Assembly (NCBI GenBank): GCA_038231435.1
Contig: JBBRLJ010000042.1
Coordinates: forward strand, 1 to 45,742
Source of the DNA: Planctomycetota bacterium
Lineage (GTDB): Bacteria > Planctomycetota > UBA11346
Length of the DNA stretch: 45,742 nucleotides
Direction: 5' to 3'
Positions 16,988 through 27,400 of this stretch are shown in pieces. The position numbers were made by a program, and so were the translations under genes. A model generated the notes under the pieces. The model worked only from the letters and a program-made list of their open reading frames with translations. It was not told where the DNA came from and did no database searches. Position 1 is the first letter of the stretch. Every line of letters starts with the position of its first letter.

Positions 16988-18637
16988 TCAGCGGCGATCC
17001 CACCATGTGAGCATCGCCCCACCCAGGCACAGGCACGGCACCACCACCACCAGCAGACCGAGCAGCAGGAACAGCGTGCGGTCGGATGCGACCACCTGAT
17101 AGGCGGTGAACTCTGCCTGGGGAATCGAGGTCGGCGCCGCGCGCCGCGCCAGCCAGCCGACCAGGTCGCGCAACAGGGTAGGATTGGCGAAACCGACCTG
17201 GGCCAGAGTGCCGTTGCAGGCCGCCGCGCGACTGCCCCAGGCGACCAGACGCGCACCGACACCGGCACGCACGCTATGATCGGAAGGCGGATACTCGAGC
17301 GCCCACGCGACCACGCGCGCGTCCGCCTGGTCGAGCCCACGCGGCGCGTCGAGCCCAGGCTTGAACGGCTGGATCCAGGCATCGCCCTTCATGGTCTGGA
17401 ACAGCTTGGCGGCGTCGATCGGAGCCTCGCCGGTCGACGCGAAACGCTTGGCGACGGCTTCGTCCGTGCTCGCGAGCCAAGCCGCGGTGAACGCTTCGAC
17501 CCGGGTGGTACGCGGGCTGAGCACCAGGGTGCCCGCATGCGCGACCGCAACGGTGGCGGGATGATCGAGGATCATCGGCTCGTCCGTGCTCGCGTCCGCG
17601 AAATGGCCGAGCAGCAGCTGCGCGTTGGCGAAACCTACGGCCTGGCCAGCGAAGTAGTGCCGCATGCTGTGCACCACCACCCCGGGTGCGGTCGCGGCCT
17701 CGGGATCGAGCAACAGGTCCCAATGGCCTGGCCCGAGCTCCGCGGGAAATCCGGCTCCGATCATCAGCCCGCGTTGGCGGAGGAAGACGCAGAGGTCTCT
17801 CGGCGCGCGGTCGTCCGCCAGCACCAGCACGCTGCCGCCGTCACGCAGGTGCTCGCCGAGCATCGCCAGGTCGGCGGGCCCGAACGGCGCGGTCGGCCCA
17901 GCGACGATCAATGTGGCGTCCGGTGGCACGGCGTGCCCGGTCGAGGCATCGACCACCGCCACGTCGTACCCGGCGAGTTCGAGAGCGTGGGCGAGGAGGT
18001 CGCAGCCGTCGTCGCTGCCGCCGCCCGGACGCAGCTCGCCGTGCCCCTGGGTGAGCACCGCGCGCGGATGATGCGGATCGGCCAGCGAGACCAGCGCGCC
18101 GCCGACTTCGCGCTGCAGCACCAGGCGGGTGTAATCGCTCAAGGGGATTTTGAAGCTGCGTTCGCCGCGGCACACGTAGACCGCCACATCGGCGTCGTGG
18201 TAACGCTCGGCGAACTGGTCGAGAGCCGGCTTCTGCAGCGTGGGATCGATGTGGCGCCATGAGACGCGCGTTCCGGCGGCGGCCATCAGTGCGAGATCGG
18301 TGCCGACGATGTCGAAGCGGTCGGCTTCCTCGGCCGGCCAGATGCCGACGATCTCGACCGGCTCTGCCTGTGCGCGCAAGAGCGTGGTCAATTCGGGGCT
18401 CAGGCTGAAGCGGTGGTCGGCGCTCAGGTCGAGCACCGCGCGCGAGCGATCCGCCGCGGCGACGGCGAGCCCCACCAGCAGCAGCCAGACAAGCGTGCGG
18501 CCGCCCAGGCCGCCGGCGGCCTTCCACCACCCGCGGCGCGAATGGTTGCGGGGCAGACTGCCAGGGATGCTTCCGCCAGACGGTTGGGGTGGCGGCATTC
18601 CGGAATCGGACGCTGCGGGTGGAAGGGGGTCAGCCAT
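16988..18637 (-). CDS. GldG-like ABC-transporter auxiliary membrane protein
   Basis: N-terminal TM, DLSADHRFSLS, TQGHGE, VAGPTAPF...GGSVLVL, C-terminal TM ending WWDRR. Confidence 0.75.
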   Translation of the reverse strand: MADPLPPAASDSGMPPPQPSGGSIPGSLPRNHSRRGWWKAAGGLGGRTLVWLLLVGLAVAAADRSRAVLDLSADHRFSLSPELTTLLRAQAEPVEIVGIWPAEEADRFDIVGTDLALMAAAGTRVSWRHIDPTLQKPALDQFAERYHDADVAVYVCRGERSFKIPLSDYTRLVLQREVGGALVSLADPHHPRAVLTQGHGELRPGGGSDDGCDLLAHALELAGYDVAVVDASTGHAVPPDATLIVAGPTAPFGPADLAMLGEHLRDGGSVLVLADDRAPRDLCVFLRQRGLMIGAGFPAELGPGHWDLLLDPEAATAPGVVVHSMRHYFAGQAVGFANAQLLLGHFADASTDEPMILDHPATVAVAHAGTLVLSPRTTRVEAFTAAWLASTDEAVAKRFASTGEAPIDAAKLFQTMKGDAWIQPFKPGLDAPRGLDQADARVVAWALEYPPSDHSVRAGVGARLVAWGSRAAACNGTLAQVGFANPTLLRDLVGWLARRAAPTSIPQAEFTAYQVVASDRTLFLLLGLLVVVVPCLCLGGAMLTWWDRR

Positions 18638-19355
18638 GGATCCTGCGAGCGCACAATACGCCGTGCGACATGACGAGGGTGGCGAGCGCCGCGCCGACGA
18701 AGTAGGCGACGTCGCCGAGACGGATCTCGCCGCGGAAGAATGGCTCTGCCCGCCGCGACAGGCCGAGCGCGCGGCTCGCCACGCCCAGCGGTCCGTCGTT
18801 GCCGAGATAGCCGAGGATGATCAGCACCGCGATCACGCCGAAGGTGATGACATAGGCGGCGACCGGGCTGTCGACGAGCAGGCTGATCCATACGCCCAGT
18901 CCGGCGAACAACGCGCACGCGAGCAGCAGGCCCGCGTACCCGGCGGCGAGTTGAGCCATCGGCACCGCGCTGACGAACATCAGGGTCAGCGGCTGGATCG
19001 CCGTCGCCGCCACCAGGGTCGCGAGCACCGTGAACGCGGCGAGGAACTTGCCGATGACCAGCTGGTGCTCACGCAGGGGGGCGGTGAGCAACAGCTGCAT
19101 GGTGCCTTGGACGCGCTCGAGCGAGAAGCTGTTCATGGTGATGGCTGGAGCGAGCAGGGTCAGGAAGAAAATGCCGCTGTTCATCGCGGTCACGAACAGC
19201 GGCGTGTCCGAGCCCGCGGTGCCGTACCAGCGGTGCAGATCGAGCCAGAACACGGTATCGATGAGCGCGGTCCAGCAGGCGAGCACCAGCCACGCCAGCG
19301 GCGTGTTGAACGCGGCGACCAGGTCGCGGCGGCAGATCGCCCAGATCACATCCAT
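18630..19355 (-). CDS. ABC-2 type permease (GldF-like)
   Basis: AICRRDLVAAFNTPLAW, PAITMNSFSLERVQGTMQLLLTAP, GKFLA, multiple TM segments; overlaps the downstream gene by 8 nt. Confidence 0.88.
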   Translation of the reverse strand: MDVIWAICRRDLVAAFNTPLAWLVLACWTALIDTVFWLDLHRWYGTAGSDTPLFVTAMNSGIFFLTLLAPAITMNSFSLERVQGTMQLLLTAPLREHQLVIGKFLAAFTVLATLVAATAIQPLTLMFVSAVPMAQLAAGYAGLLLACALFAGLGVWISLLVDSPVAAYVITFGVIAVLIILGYLGNDGPLGVASRALGLSRRAEPFFRGEIRLGDVAYFVGAALATLVMSHGVLCARRIHG

Positions 19356-19428
19356 GCGCGACGGTAGGGCGCCGGGGCCGACTGGAAAGCGCCTGGAAAG
19401 CGCGACGGGGCGCGCTGAGCCGACGTCG

Positions 19429-20526
19429 TCAGTGAGCGCTCTTCGAGCTGGAGCCGCTCGAGCCGGCGGACGGCTTCTTGGCGGCGCTGGCGGGCTTCTG
19501 CGCTGACGCCACCGGCTGCGGTTGGCTGGCATCCGTCGGCCACAGCCCATCCGCGACCACCGACTTGAGCAGTTCGACGGTGTCCCCGTCGCTGTCGTGG
19601 AAATCACCGAAGAAGGTCAGCCCGGTCTTGGCCTCGATATCGGCGACCGACACCATGCGGGTGGCCAGGTCGACCGGCACGCCCTTCTTCTGGGTGACCG
19701 GCTGGGCCGGCACGATGAACGCCTGCGTCCTGGTGCGGCCGTCCTGCACCGTGACCTGGATCTTCCAGAAGGCGCTGGGCGCGGCGGTTCCCGAGGGCAA
19801 CCGCTTGTCGCCCTCGAAGAGCGGACCAGTCATCACCCACAATTCGTTGTAGGCCTGCGCATAGGCCGGCTCGAGGTTGACGAGGGTGTCCCAGGCGTTG
19901 TCCGCTTCGGCCGGCGCCGGAGCGATGTCCGACGACAGTCTGGTCTCGGCTCCGGCGTCGTCGCCGTAATCGCTGGCGATCGCACCACTGGGCACGAGAT
20001 GGCGGCGGGTAACGCCGGACTTGCGATCGTAATCGTCGGGCTTGGGCGCTGCCTTGGTCTTGCTCGCGGCGTCGTCGGCCGACGGGGCCTGCGCGATGCG
20101 CGCATCCTCGGACGATCCGGCCTTGTCCGAACGCGTGTCCTTGGCCTTGGTGTCGGTGGCGAACAGGCGATAGGCGGCCCACGCCGGGCAGCGGCGTCCG
20201 TGGTCGTAGCCCACCACGTAGCCGAGATTGAACAACGGCGTGAGCTGCGGCTGGAGCGGATCCGAGAGCGGCAAGCCGTAGTAGGCGAAGCGCAAGGGAT
20301 CACCCAACCCACGACCGGTGTCCGGGCGACCGCCAACGCCGGTCGCGATCGAGTATCCGGAGTCGTCGGTCTCGGTCGTGACGTGTTTCTTGAAGGTGGT
20401 CGATGGCTCGCGTTCGTCGCAGCCAGAGAACGTGCACGCCACCGCCAAAGCCAGGGTGGCCAATCCCGCGCCCGCGATGGAGCGGACGGCGACGTGAGCG
20501 GACGAGGAATCGGTCGTGGTGGTCAT
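19429..20526 (-). CDS. DNA/RNA non-specific endonuclease family lipoprotein with a divergent active site
   Basis: Lipobox FSGC; YVVGYD...PAWAAYRL, RRHLVP, VMTGP, FWKI, IEAKTGLTFF. Confidence 0.8.
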   Translation of the reverse strand: MTTTTDSSSAHVAVRSIAGAGLATLALAVACTFSGCDEREPSTTFKKHVTTETDDSGYSIATGVGGRPDTGRGLGDPLRFAYYGLPLSDPLQPQLTPLFNLGYVVGYDHGRRCPAWAAYRLFATDTKAKDTRSDKAGSSEDARIAQAPSADDAASKTKAAPKPDDYDRKSGVTRRHLVPSGAIASDYGDDAGAETRLSSDIAPAPAEADNAWDTLVNLEPAYAQAYNELWVMTGPLFEGDKRLPSGTAAPSAFWKIQVTVQDGRTRTQAFIVPAQPVTQKKGVPVDLATRMVSVADIEAKTGLTFFGDFHDSDGDTVELLKSVVADGLWPTDASQPQPVASAQKPASAAKKPSAGSSGSSSKSAH

Positions 20527-20688
20527 GCGCGCCTCTGAGGTGTCTCTGGCGAGCCCGCATGCGCGGGTGTCCAGCAGGAGATGCGCACGACGGTAGGGGA
20601 GGGCCGACGGTTGCCTAGGGTCCGAGGCGCCGCTCGCGGACGGCGTGTACCACGCCGACACGCTCTACGCTAGAGAGCGCAGGGAATG

Positions 20689-21336
20689 TCAGGACGGACG
20701 CGTGCGGCGGCGTGGTTTGGCGATCGGCGCGGGCGCGGATGGAGAGCCCTGCTTGAGCGTCATGGCCTCGACCCAGCGCCCGATCAGATCCTGCTCGAGG
20801 TTCACCGGCATGCCCGGCCGCAGATCGCCGAGCGTAGTGTGGGTGAGGGTGTGGGGGATGACCGCGATCGAGCAGCGTCCGCCCGCGCAGGCCCAGGTGG
20901 TCAGGCTGATCCCGTCGACGGCGAGCGAGCCCTTCTCGACCACCGTCACCGAGCCGTCCTCGGGCATGGCGAGGGTAAATCGTTCGCTGCCACCCTCGGG
21001 GCGGCGTTCGAGCAGGCGGCCGATGCCATCGACGTGGCCGCTCACCAGATGGCCGCCGAGCCGCTGCCCGAGGGCGAGGGCGCGCTCGAGGTTCACCCGT
21101 CGTCCCGTCTTCCAGCCGCCGATGGTGGTCTTGCGGCGGGTCTCCTCGCTGACGTCGAAGGCCGCGCTGCGCCCCGAAAGACCAGCGACGGTGAGGCAGG
21201 CGCCGGAGACGGCGATGCTGTCGCCCACGCGCGTGCCCTCGGCGAGCGCGCCCAGGTCGATGGTCAGCCTGGTCGAGCCCGCCGCGTGCGTGATCGCGCC
21301 GACGCGCGCGACCTGCTCGATGATGCCGGTGAACAT
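20689..21336 (-). CDS. ribE: Riboflavin synthase (alpha type)
   Basis: MFTGII N-terminus, GDSIAVSGACLT, GGHLVSGHVDG, KGSLAVDGISLT, VNLE. Confidence 0.96.
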   Translation of the reverse strand: MFTGIIEQVARVGAITHAAGSTRLTIDLGALAEGTRVGDSIAVSGACLTVAGLSGRSAAFDVSEETRRKTTIGGWKTGRRVNLERALALGQRLGGHLVSGHVDGIGRLLERRPEGGSERFTLAMPEDGSVTVVEKGSLAVDGISLTTWACAGGRCSIAVIPHTLTHTTLGDLRPGMPVNLEQDLIGRWVEAMTLKQGSPSAPAPIAKPRRRTRPS

Positions 21337-21388
21337 GGCGGCATTGTGGGCGATGGCGGTCTGGGGGCAATGCGGCCCGCCGCGTCCG

Positions 21389-22255
21389 TCAGGATGAGCG
21401 GTCGCCACGGATCCGCTCCGCCTTGTCGCGATCCGCCGACGGGCTGTGGCCCACCAGACGCCGGAACTGCTTGTTGAAGTGCTGGGGATCCGGCATCCCG
21501 ACCGAGGCCGCCACCACATTCACCGGCAGGTCGGTGATCTGGAGCAGGTGCCGCGCCCGTTCGATGCGTCGCGCCAGCAGGAAGCGCGGGATGGTCATGG
21601 CGAAGCGCTGATGGAACCGCCGCGCCAGATGGTTCTGCGACATGCCCACGGCGCGCGCCAGGTCCGGGACGGCGAGCGGCTCGGCGAAGCGCTCGGCGAT
21701 GATCGCGGCCAGGCGCTCGAGCGCGGCATCACCACGATCAAGACCATCTCCCCGCGTTCCGCCACCCGCATCGGTCGAGAGGCGCAGCCAGAGCAGCAGC
21801 TCCTGGAGCGCCGCCGACGCCGCCGCGGCCGCGACCTCGCCGGTGCCGCCGGTGGCCGAGCCCTGTGCGCCCAGGCGGGCGATCCCGGCCATGCGATCGA
21901 TGACGAAATCGCGACGCGGCCCGAGCCGGATATGGCACGGGAGGACGAACGACTCGCGGCCGCTCGACTGGGCCTGGAAATGGATGCACCAGTGGTGCCC
22001 AGGCACCGGCAGGTGGTAGCGCGAGGCGACGCCAGCGGGCGTGATGGTGAGATCCCCGGGCGCGAAGGAGAAGGCGTGGTCGTCGAGCCGCATCTCGCCG
22101 CCGTACTCGTAGAGATGGATCGCGTTCGACGGACCCAGGTAGCGCGCCCCGAAGTCGCGGTCGGAATGCGGGAAACGCCCCGCAGCCCCCGGCACCGGAA
22201 GCACCCGCAAGGGCCAGCGCAGCGACGGCATCACTGGGGCTGGCATGTGCGGCAT
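21389..22255 (-). CDS. AraC/XylS-family transcriptional regulator
   Basis: Cupin-like N-terminus; C-terminal VAASVGMPDPQHFNKQFRRLVGHSP. Confidence 0.9.
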   Translation of the reverse strand: MPHMPAPVMPSLRWPLRVLPVPGAAGRFPHSDRDFGARYLGPSNAIHLYEYGGEMRLDDHAFSFAPGDLTITPAGVASRYHLPVPGHHWCIHFQAQSSGRESFVLPCHIRLGPRRDFVIDRMAGIARLGAQGSATGGTGEVAAAAASAALQELLLWLRLSTDAGGGTRGDGLDRGDAALERLAAIIAERFAEPLAVPDLARAVGMSQNHLARRFHQRFAMTIPRFLLARRIERARHLLQITDLPVNVVAASVGMPDPQHFNKQFRRLVGHSPSADRDKAERIRGDRSS

Positions 22256-22340
22256 CGGTGAATTTTTACCATGACCGGTGAAAGCTTACAATGGCGAAGG
22301 CGGCGAGTCGGGTAGGATGGTGGATACCGAACGAGGATAT

Positions 22341-23165
22341 ATGAGCGACAAAACCGCCATGGAAGCCGCCCCCAGCGTCGTCAACGGTCTCACCGTAGAT
22401 CAGCAGCGCTTCTACGACGATAACGGCTACATCATCCTACGGGGAGTTTTCACCAAGGGTGAATGCGCGGGCTGGCGCCAGGAGCTGCACGATCTCGCCA
22501 AGCGTCTGGAACCCCACCACGACACCGACGCCACCTGGGGCAGCGTGCGCACTGGCCAGACGCGCATCCTCCACTGCCATGACGTGCAGTTCCAATCGGC
22601 GGCGATGGCCCGCCTGATCACCGATCCTCGCCTGACCGCGCCACTCCAGTCGATCATCGGCCCCAACGTCCAACTCCACCACACCAAGATGTTCATCAAG
22701 CCGCCCGAGAAAGGCAGCCCGTTTCCGCTGCACCAGGATTTCCCGTACTTCCCGCACGAATCCAACTCTATGGTCGCGGCAATCGTCCACTTCGACGACG
22801 CCCCGCTCGCCAAGGGCTGCGTGCGCGTGGTGCCGGGATCCCACAAGGGTGGTCCGCGCGCCCACGCGAGCAGTTCCGACCATCACCTGCCGATCGCCGA
22901 TTACCCGATCGACTCGGCAGTTCCGTGCGAGGCGCTGGCCGGGGACGTGCTGATCTTCAACTACTTGACCATCCACGGCTCGGGCGTGAACGTCTCGCAG
23001 GAGGCGCGCACCACCCTGCTCGTCCAGGCCCGCGACCCGATGGACATTCCCGTCATCCGCACCCACGAGAGCCGGGGTCAGGGCATGATGCTCGCCGGCA
23101 TCGATCCCTCCTGCTGTACCCGTCCGTTGTCGCTCGAGACCGTGCCGGTGGGCGCGCCCGGCTGA
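22341..23165 (+). CDS. Phytanoyl-CoA dioxygenase (PhyH) family Fe(II)/2-oxoglutarate dioxygenase
   Basis: FYDDNGYI, KPP, LHQD (HxD), VVPGSH, IHGS..N...R. GAGGA SD before ATG 22341. Confidence 0.9.
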   Translation: MSDKTAMEAAPSVVNGLTVDQQRFYDDNGYIILRGVFTKGECAGWRQELHDLAKRLEPHHDTDATWGSVRTGQTRILHCHDVQFQSAAMARLITDPRLTAPLQSIIGPNVQLHHTKMFIKPPEKGSPFPLHQDFPYFPHESNSMVAAIVHFDDAPLAKGCVRVVPGSHKGGPRAHASSSDHHLPIADYPIDSAVPCEALAGDVLIFNYLTIHGSGVNVSQEARTTLLVQARDPMDIPVIRTHESRGQGMMLAGIDPSCCTRPLSLETVPVGAPG

Positions 23166-23247
23166 TCGACGGCTTTCGGATCGCAATCGTGCCGCTCGCG
23201 ATATCAGCCAGAGAGCGGCGGTCAGCCACGGACCACCTGAGGTCACG

Positions 23248-24147
23248 TCAGAGATCGCCCTCGGCCTTCATGGATCGGCGACGGTACCGGCCGGGCGGCT
23301 CGCCGCGGATAGCGGTGAAGACGCGGTTGAAATAGGGCACGTCGGCGAATCCGAGGCGCTCCGCGATCGCCGCCAGAGGCAGCTGGGTGCTGCGTAGCAG
23401 AGTCGCGGCGTGATCGATCGCGACGCGTCGGCGATATTGGTTCGGCGGAATCCCATAGCGGCGCTTGAATGCACGGCCGAGATGCTTCGGCGACAAGCCG
23501 ACGCGGGCGGAAAGCCCATCGAGGTCGAGGGGTTGATCGTGCCGCGCTTGGATGAGGAGGCGAGCGCGCTCGAGCGCATCGTGATCCTGATCCCCATCCG
23601 CAACGAGACGCCGGAAGAGGGTGAATAGGATCTGGTCGAGCAGGCCCACCGCGAACCCTTCCGCCGAGGGATGCTCAGCGAGACCGACGCCGACCAAGTC
23701 GGCGAACAGCGCATCGAGCTCATTGGCGAAGTTCGGCGAGATCGGTCCATGCATCGGCAGCGCGCACGATTGACCATAGCGCTCGGACAGCAGGGCCGAC
23801 CACGATTGTCGCAGGGGACCTCCCATGCGCGACGTACCGGAGAATGTCGCCTCGCTGTAGACGGTGTCGTCGCCTGGAGCCCGCTGAAAGGTGTGCGGGC
23901 GCCCGGGCGACACCAGGACCAGGCACGGCGCGCGCACCGCCACCGGTCCCTCGGTGAGGAGGAAGCTGCCCGAACCGGCGACCACCACCACCAGATGGTA
24001 GACATCATGGGCATGGCAGGCACGGCTGCCGTCGTCGCTCGGCGCGACGGAATGCCTGCTCGACGCGTGTTCGAGGCGGAGGGTCGTCCACGGGCACCGT
24101 GATACTCCCGCTGAATGGACGTACATGCGGCCGGGTTTCAGGGTCAT
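23248..24147 (-). CDS. AraC/XylS-family transcriptional regulator
   Basis: HAHDVYHLV cupin motif, PGRPH, IAERLGFADVPYFNRVF...GEPP. Start uncertain (24147 or 24126). Confidence 0.88.
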   Translation of the reverse strand: MTLKPGRMYVHSAGVSRCPWTTLRLEHASSRHSVAPSDDGSRACHAHDVYHLVVVVAGSGSFLLTEGPVAVRAPCLVLVSPGRPHTFQRAPGDDTVYSEATFSGTSRMGGPLRQSWSALLSERYGQSCALPMHGPISPNFANELDALFADLVGVGLAEHPSAEGFAVGLLDQILFTLFRRLVADGDQDHDALERARLLIQARHDQPLDLDGLSARVGLSPKHLGRAFKRRYGIPPNQYRRRVAIDHAATLLRSTQLPLAAIAERLGFADVPYFNRVFTAIRGEPPGRYRRRSMKAEGDL

Positions 24148-24403
24148 CGTGCATATTTTGTCCAATTTTATGGATTGGCAACCAGTGCATGTGAGCTGTT
24201 GTCGAACGCGGAGGCGCCTCGACGGGCCATTTCTCATATATCACAGCATATTACGACGCTTTATCATACACTTCAGCGAGGGTCCATCCAGGCTGGCCGA
24301 GACCTAATTCAGGGGTCAAGGCGTATTTAATCCAATTCGTGCGCGATGCGATCCAAGGCTGTCGCCCGCCCGCGTACCACCCTGGGATGTTTGGAGAATA
24401 CCC

Positions 24404-27400
24404 ATGGTCCACTCCGCCCGCCCGATGGACCCCTGTCCCATTCCCAAGCGTACCGGGGGCATGTGCCACGCATGGTGGTTCGCCGTGGCCCTGCTCGCAT
24501 GTGCGACAGCGAGCGAGGCCGCGTCCATCCCCACCATCCCATTCACCTTGACCACGCCTGCGACCACCAGCGGAGGCATCTTCAGCAAGAACGGCAAGCT
24601 GGTGAAAAACGTGTGGTGCAACGAGCAGATGTCCGCTGGCTCGTACGTGAAGCACTGGGATGGCACCGATGACGACTTCCACCTCGTGCCGGATGGCGAC
24701 TACGATCTCGACATCGTGCGTAGCAATGCGGACTACCAGTGGGAGGGCGTGATCGGCAATACATCCGCCGAATCCAGCGGGCCGACCGTGCACCGTTCAT
24801 TCCTGCCGATGACCTGCATGGCCTTCGCCGGTAACAAGGGCTACTACACCACGGCCTACAATGAGGGGAGCACCAGCGCCTACAGCTTCCTGATCAGCGA
24901 TCCGCAGCGGAAGGTCGGTGTGTATCCCTATCGTGGCGGCGGACAGAATACCGAGTTCGTCTGCACCGACGGAGAGACGGTGTATTGGGGTGGAGACAAC
25001 GGCGGCGGAACGTACTACGTCGTGGCCACCACGGTGGTCGATCGCGTCGCGAATCCGACGTGGGAGAACCACAATGAGGTCATCTTCGCCAATGGGGTGA
25101 GCACCATCCAGGGCTACCACAGCGCCATCGCCCTGTCGTCGGCCTCGATCGGGGGACTCGCCGCCAACCACGAATTCATCTTCGTTTCGCGTTACTCGTT
25201 GGGCCAGATCCACGTCTACGACAAGACCGGGCTCCTGGTCCAGACCGTCGCCTATCCCCAGGTGGCCCGCCTGGCCGCCGACAACTCCGGGCACCTCTAC
25301 GTCACGGTCGGCACCACCGTCCGCAAGCACACCATCAACGCCAATGGAACCCTGGCTCCTGCCAGCCTCCAGATCGCCGGCTTCTCGAATGCGCAGGCTG
25401 TCGCGGTATCCCCCGACGGCGGAACCGTCCTGGTCGCCGACGGAGAACCTTCGCACGTGGTGAAAGCTTATGGCGCCACCACAGGCAACCATCTGTGGGA
25501 CCTCGGCACGCCCGGCGGCTACAGCACCAGCCCCAGAGTGACCAACACCAAGTTCGACCTGACGTCCTCCTACGTGGCCTTCCAGGCCGACGGCTCGTTC
25601 TGGGTCGGCGACAAGACCAACTACCGAGCGATCCATTTCGCTGCTGATCATTCGTACATCGATTATCTCATGTGGATCCCGAGCTCGTACCTGTCATTCG
25701 TCGATACCAACAATCCAAGCCGCGTGTTCTCCAACCACCTCGAATTCGCCACCGATTACAGCAAACCGCTGCGTCCCGACAACGGCTCGTGGTATCTAGT
25801 GCGAAATTACGCCAAGTTCATCCCGGCTGGCAATGCGTTGCAGCATGCCATGACCCTGAGCAATGGCCGGACGTACGGCCTGATGACCAACTTCGCCGCC
25901 GGGCGCGCCTGGAAAGTCGTCGAGTTGCTGAACGACGCACCTCCACGCGATTGCAACAACATCATCACCTTCGGCATCGACAGCAGCCAGCTCTACCCAG
26001 ACGGATCGATGCGTGACATCTACTCGTTCGAAGGCGTTCCGCTGCAGTGGCGCACCAGTCCCCTGATCGGCTTCGACGGCGCGGGGAATCCGCAGTGGGG
26101 CCCGCATGTGGTGCTCGCATCGACTCCGCCGATAACCGCCGACGACCCGCGCATCTCGGGTATCGGTGGCACCTTGCGCGCCGGAGAGCGGACCAGTTCG
26201 GACGTGATGGTGGTGTTCAATGCCGCGGTCCCCGACAGCAATGGTACCGACAAGTGGCATCTCGGCGGGGTGCGGGTGGGCGAGACCGATTGGCTGTTCA
26301 AGACCGCGCGCAACACCTACAAGAATTACAACGGCTTCTATCCGACCGACGGATCCTTCGACATCGGCAATCAGGTCAACGCCTACGGCGGCAGTGTCGC
26401 CCTGGTCAGCGGACGGAACATCTACTGGGGCTACCACGGAGAATTCTGGAAAAGCGGCCAGGTCAATAAATGGCAGCATGTGCTCGACAACGGCATGACC
26501 ATCGGGCAGTTCGGAGCCTACGGCGGGTCCGATGCGCCCGCGGGCATGGCGGGTAACTCGTTTTCCGCCGTCGTCGCCCGCGTGAATGGCAACGATTACC
26601 TGTTCCACAACGACGAGAGCTACCACGCCGGCGTGCACCGGTGGAAGATCAGCAATCTGGGTTCCATCGTAGAGACCAAGTCGAACATCGTCCTCACGAC
26701 GACGAGCCCTGGACTGTCGCGCGAACGCTTCTCTGGCAGCGGCCTGGACAATTTCGGCCTCGCCGGCCGCGATGTGTCCGCAAGTGTCTCGGCGATCCCG
26801 GTGACGGGTTCCGCGCGCTGGACCGGTTACATCCGTCCCCAGTTTTCCGAGAGCTACAACCTCCATGTGCAGGCGAGCGGAGGGATCAAGCTGTGGGTCG
26901 ACGGTACGCGCATCATCAACATCTGGCCGGGCGGGCCTGGTGGCGAGGTGACCGGGACCGTGCGGCTCGATGCGGGTCTGGGCTATGCGGTGCGCCTGGA
27001 GTCGAATGGTGGTCCGGTGACGCTGTCATGGAGCAGCCCCAGTCAGGCGAAACAGGTGATACCGACCTCGCGGCTCTTCACCGGCTTCGATCCGCCAGCG
27101 CCTGGTCCCGCTGTCGACCTGATGGCGATGCTGCCCTTCGATACGTCGTTGGAAGCGGACCTCTATGGCTGGAAGCGGGATCCCGCCATCGACAGCGCCG
27201 ACCACAACAGCTGGGTGGTGAAGAACAGTAACGAGCATCTCCAGACCGAGTCTCCGGACATCCGGCTGCGCTTTGCCATCAGCGAGAACGACGGCCCGCA
27301 GATCCACACCGTGACCCGTAGCCTCGGCACCAACAGCGGGCTCACCTCGTGGGCCATCGAGGGTTCACTGCACTTCCAGAACGCATTCCCCAACGAGGGG

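Noticed and set aside
11704..20526. Possible anti-phage defence or toxin system built from the Nudix, methyltransferase and nuclease genes
   Set aside because: The genes are unlinked, differently oriented and interspersed with housekeeping genes, with no immunity gene, NTPase or island hallmarks.
21337..21388. FMN riboswitch upstream of ribE
   Set aside because: Only about 50 nt of intergenic sequence, no RFN consensus, and the gene looks leaderless.
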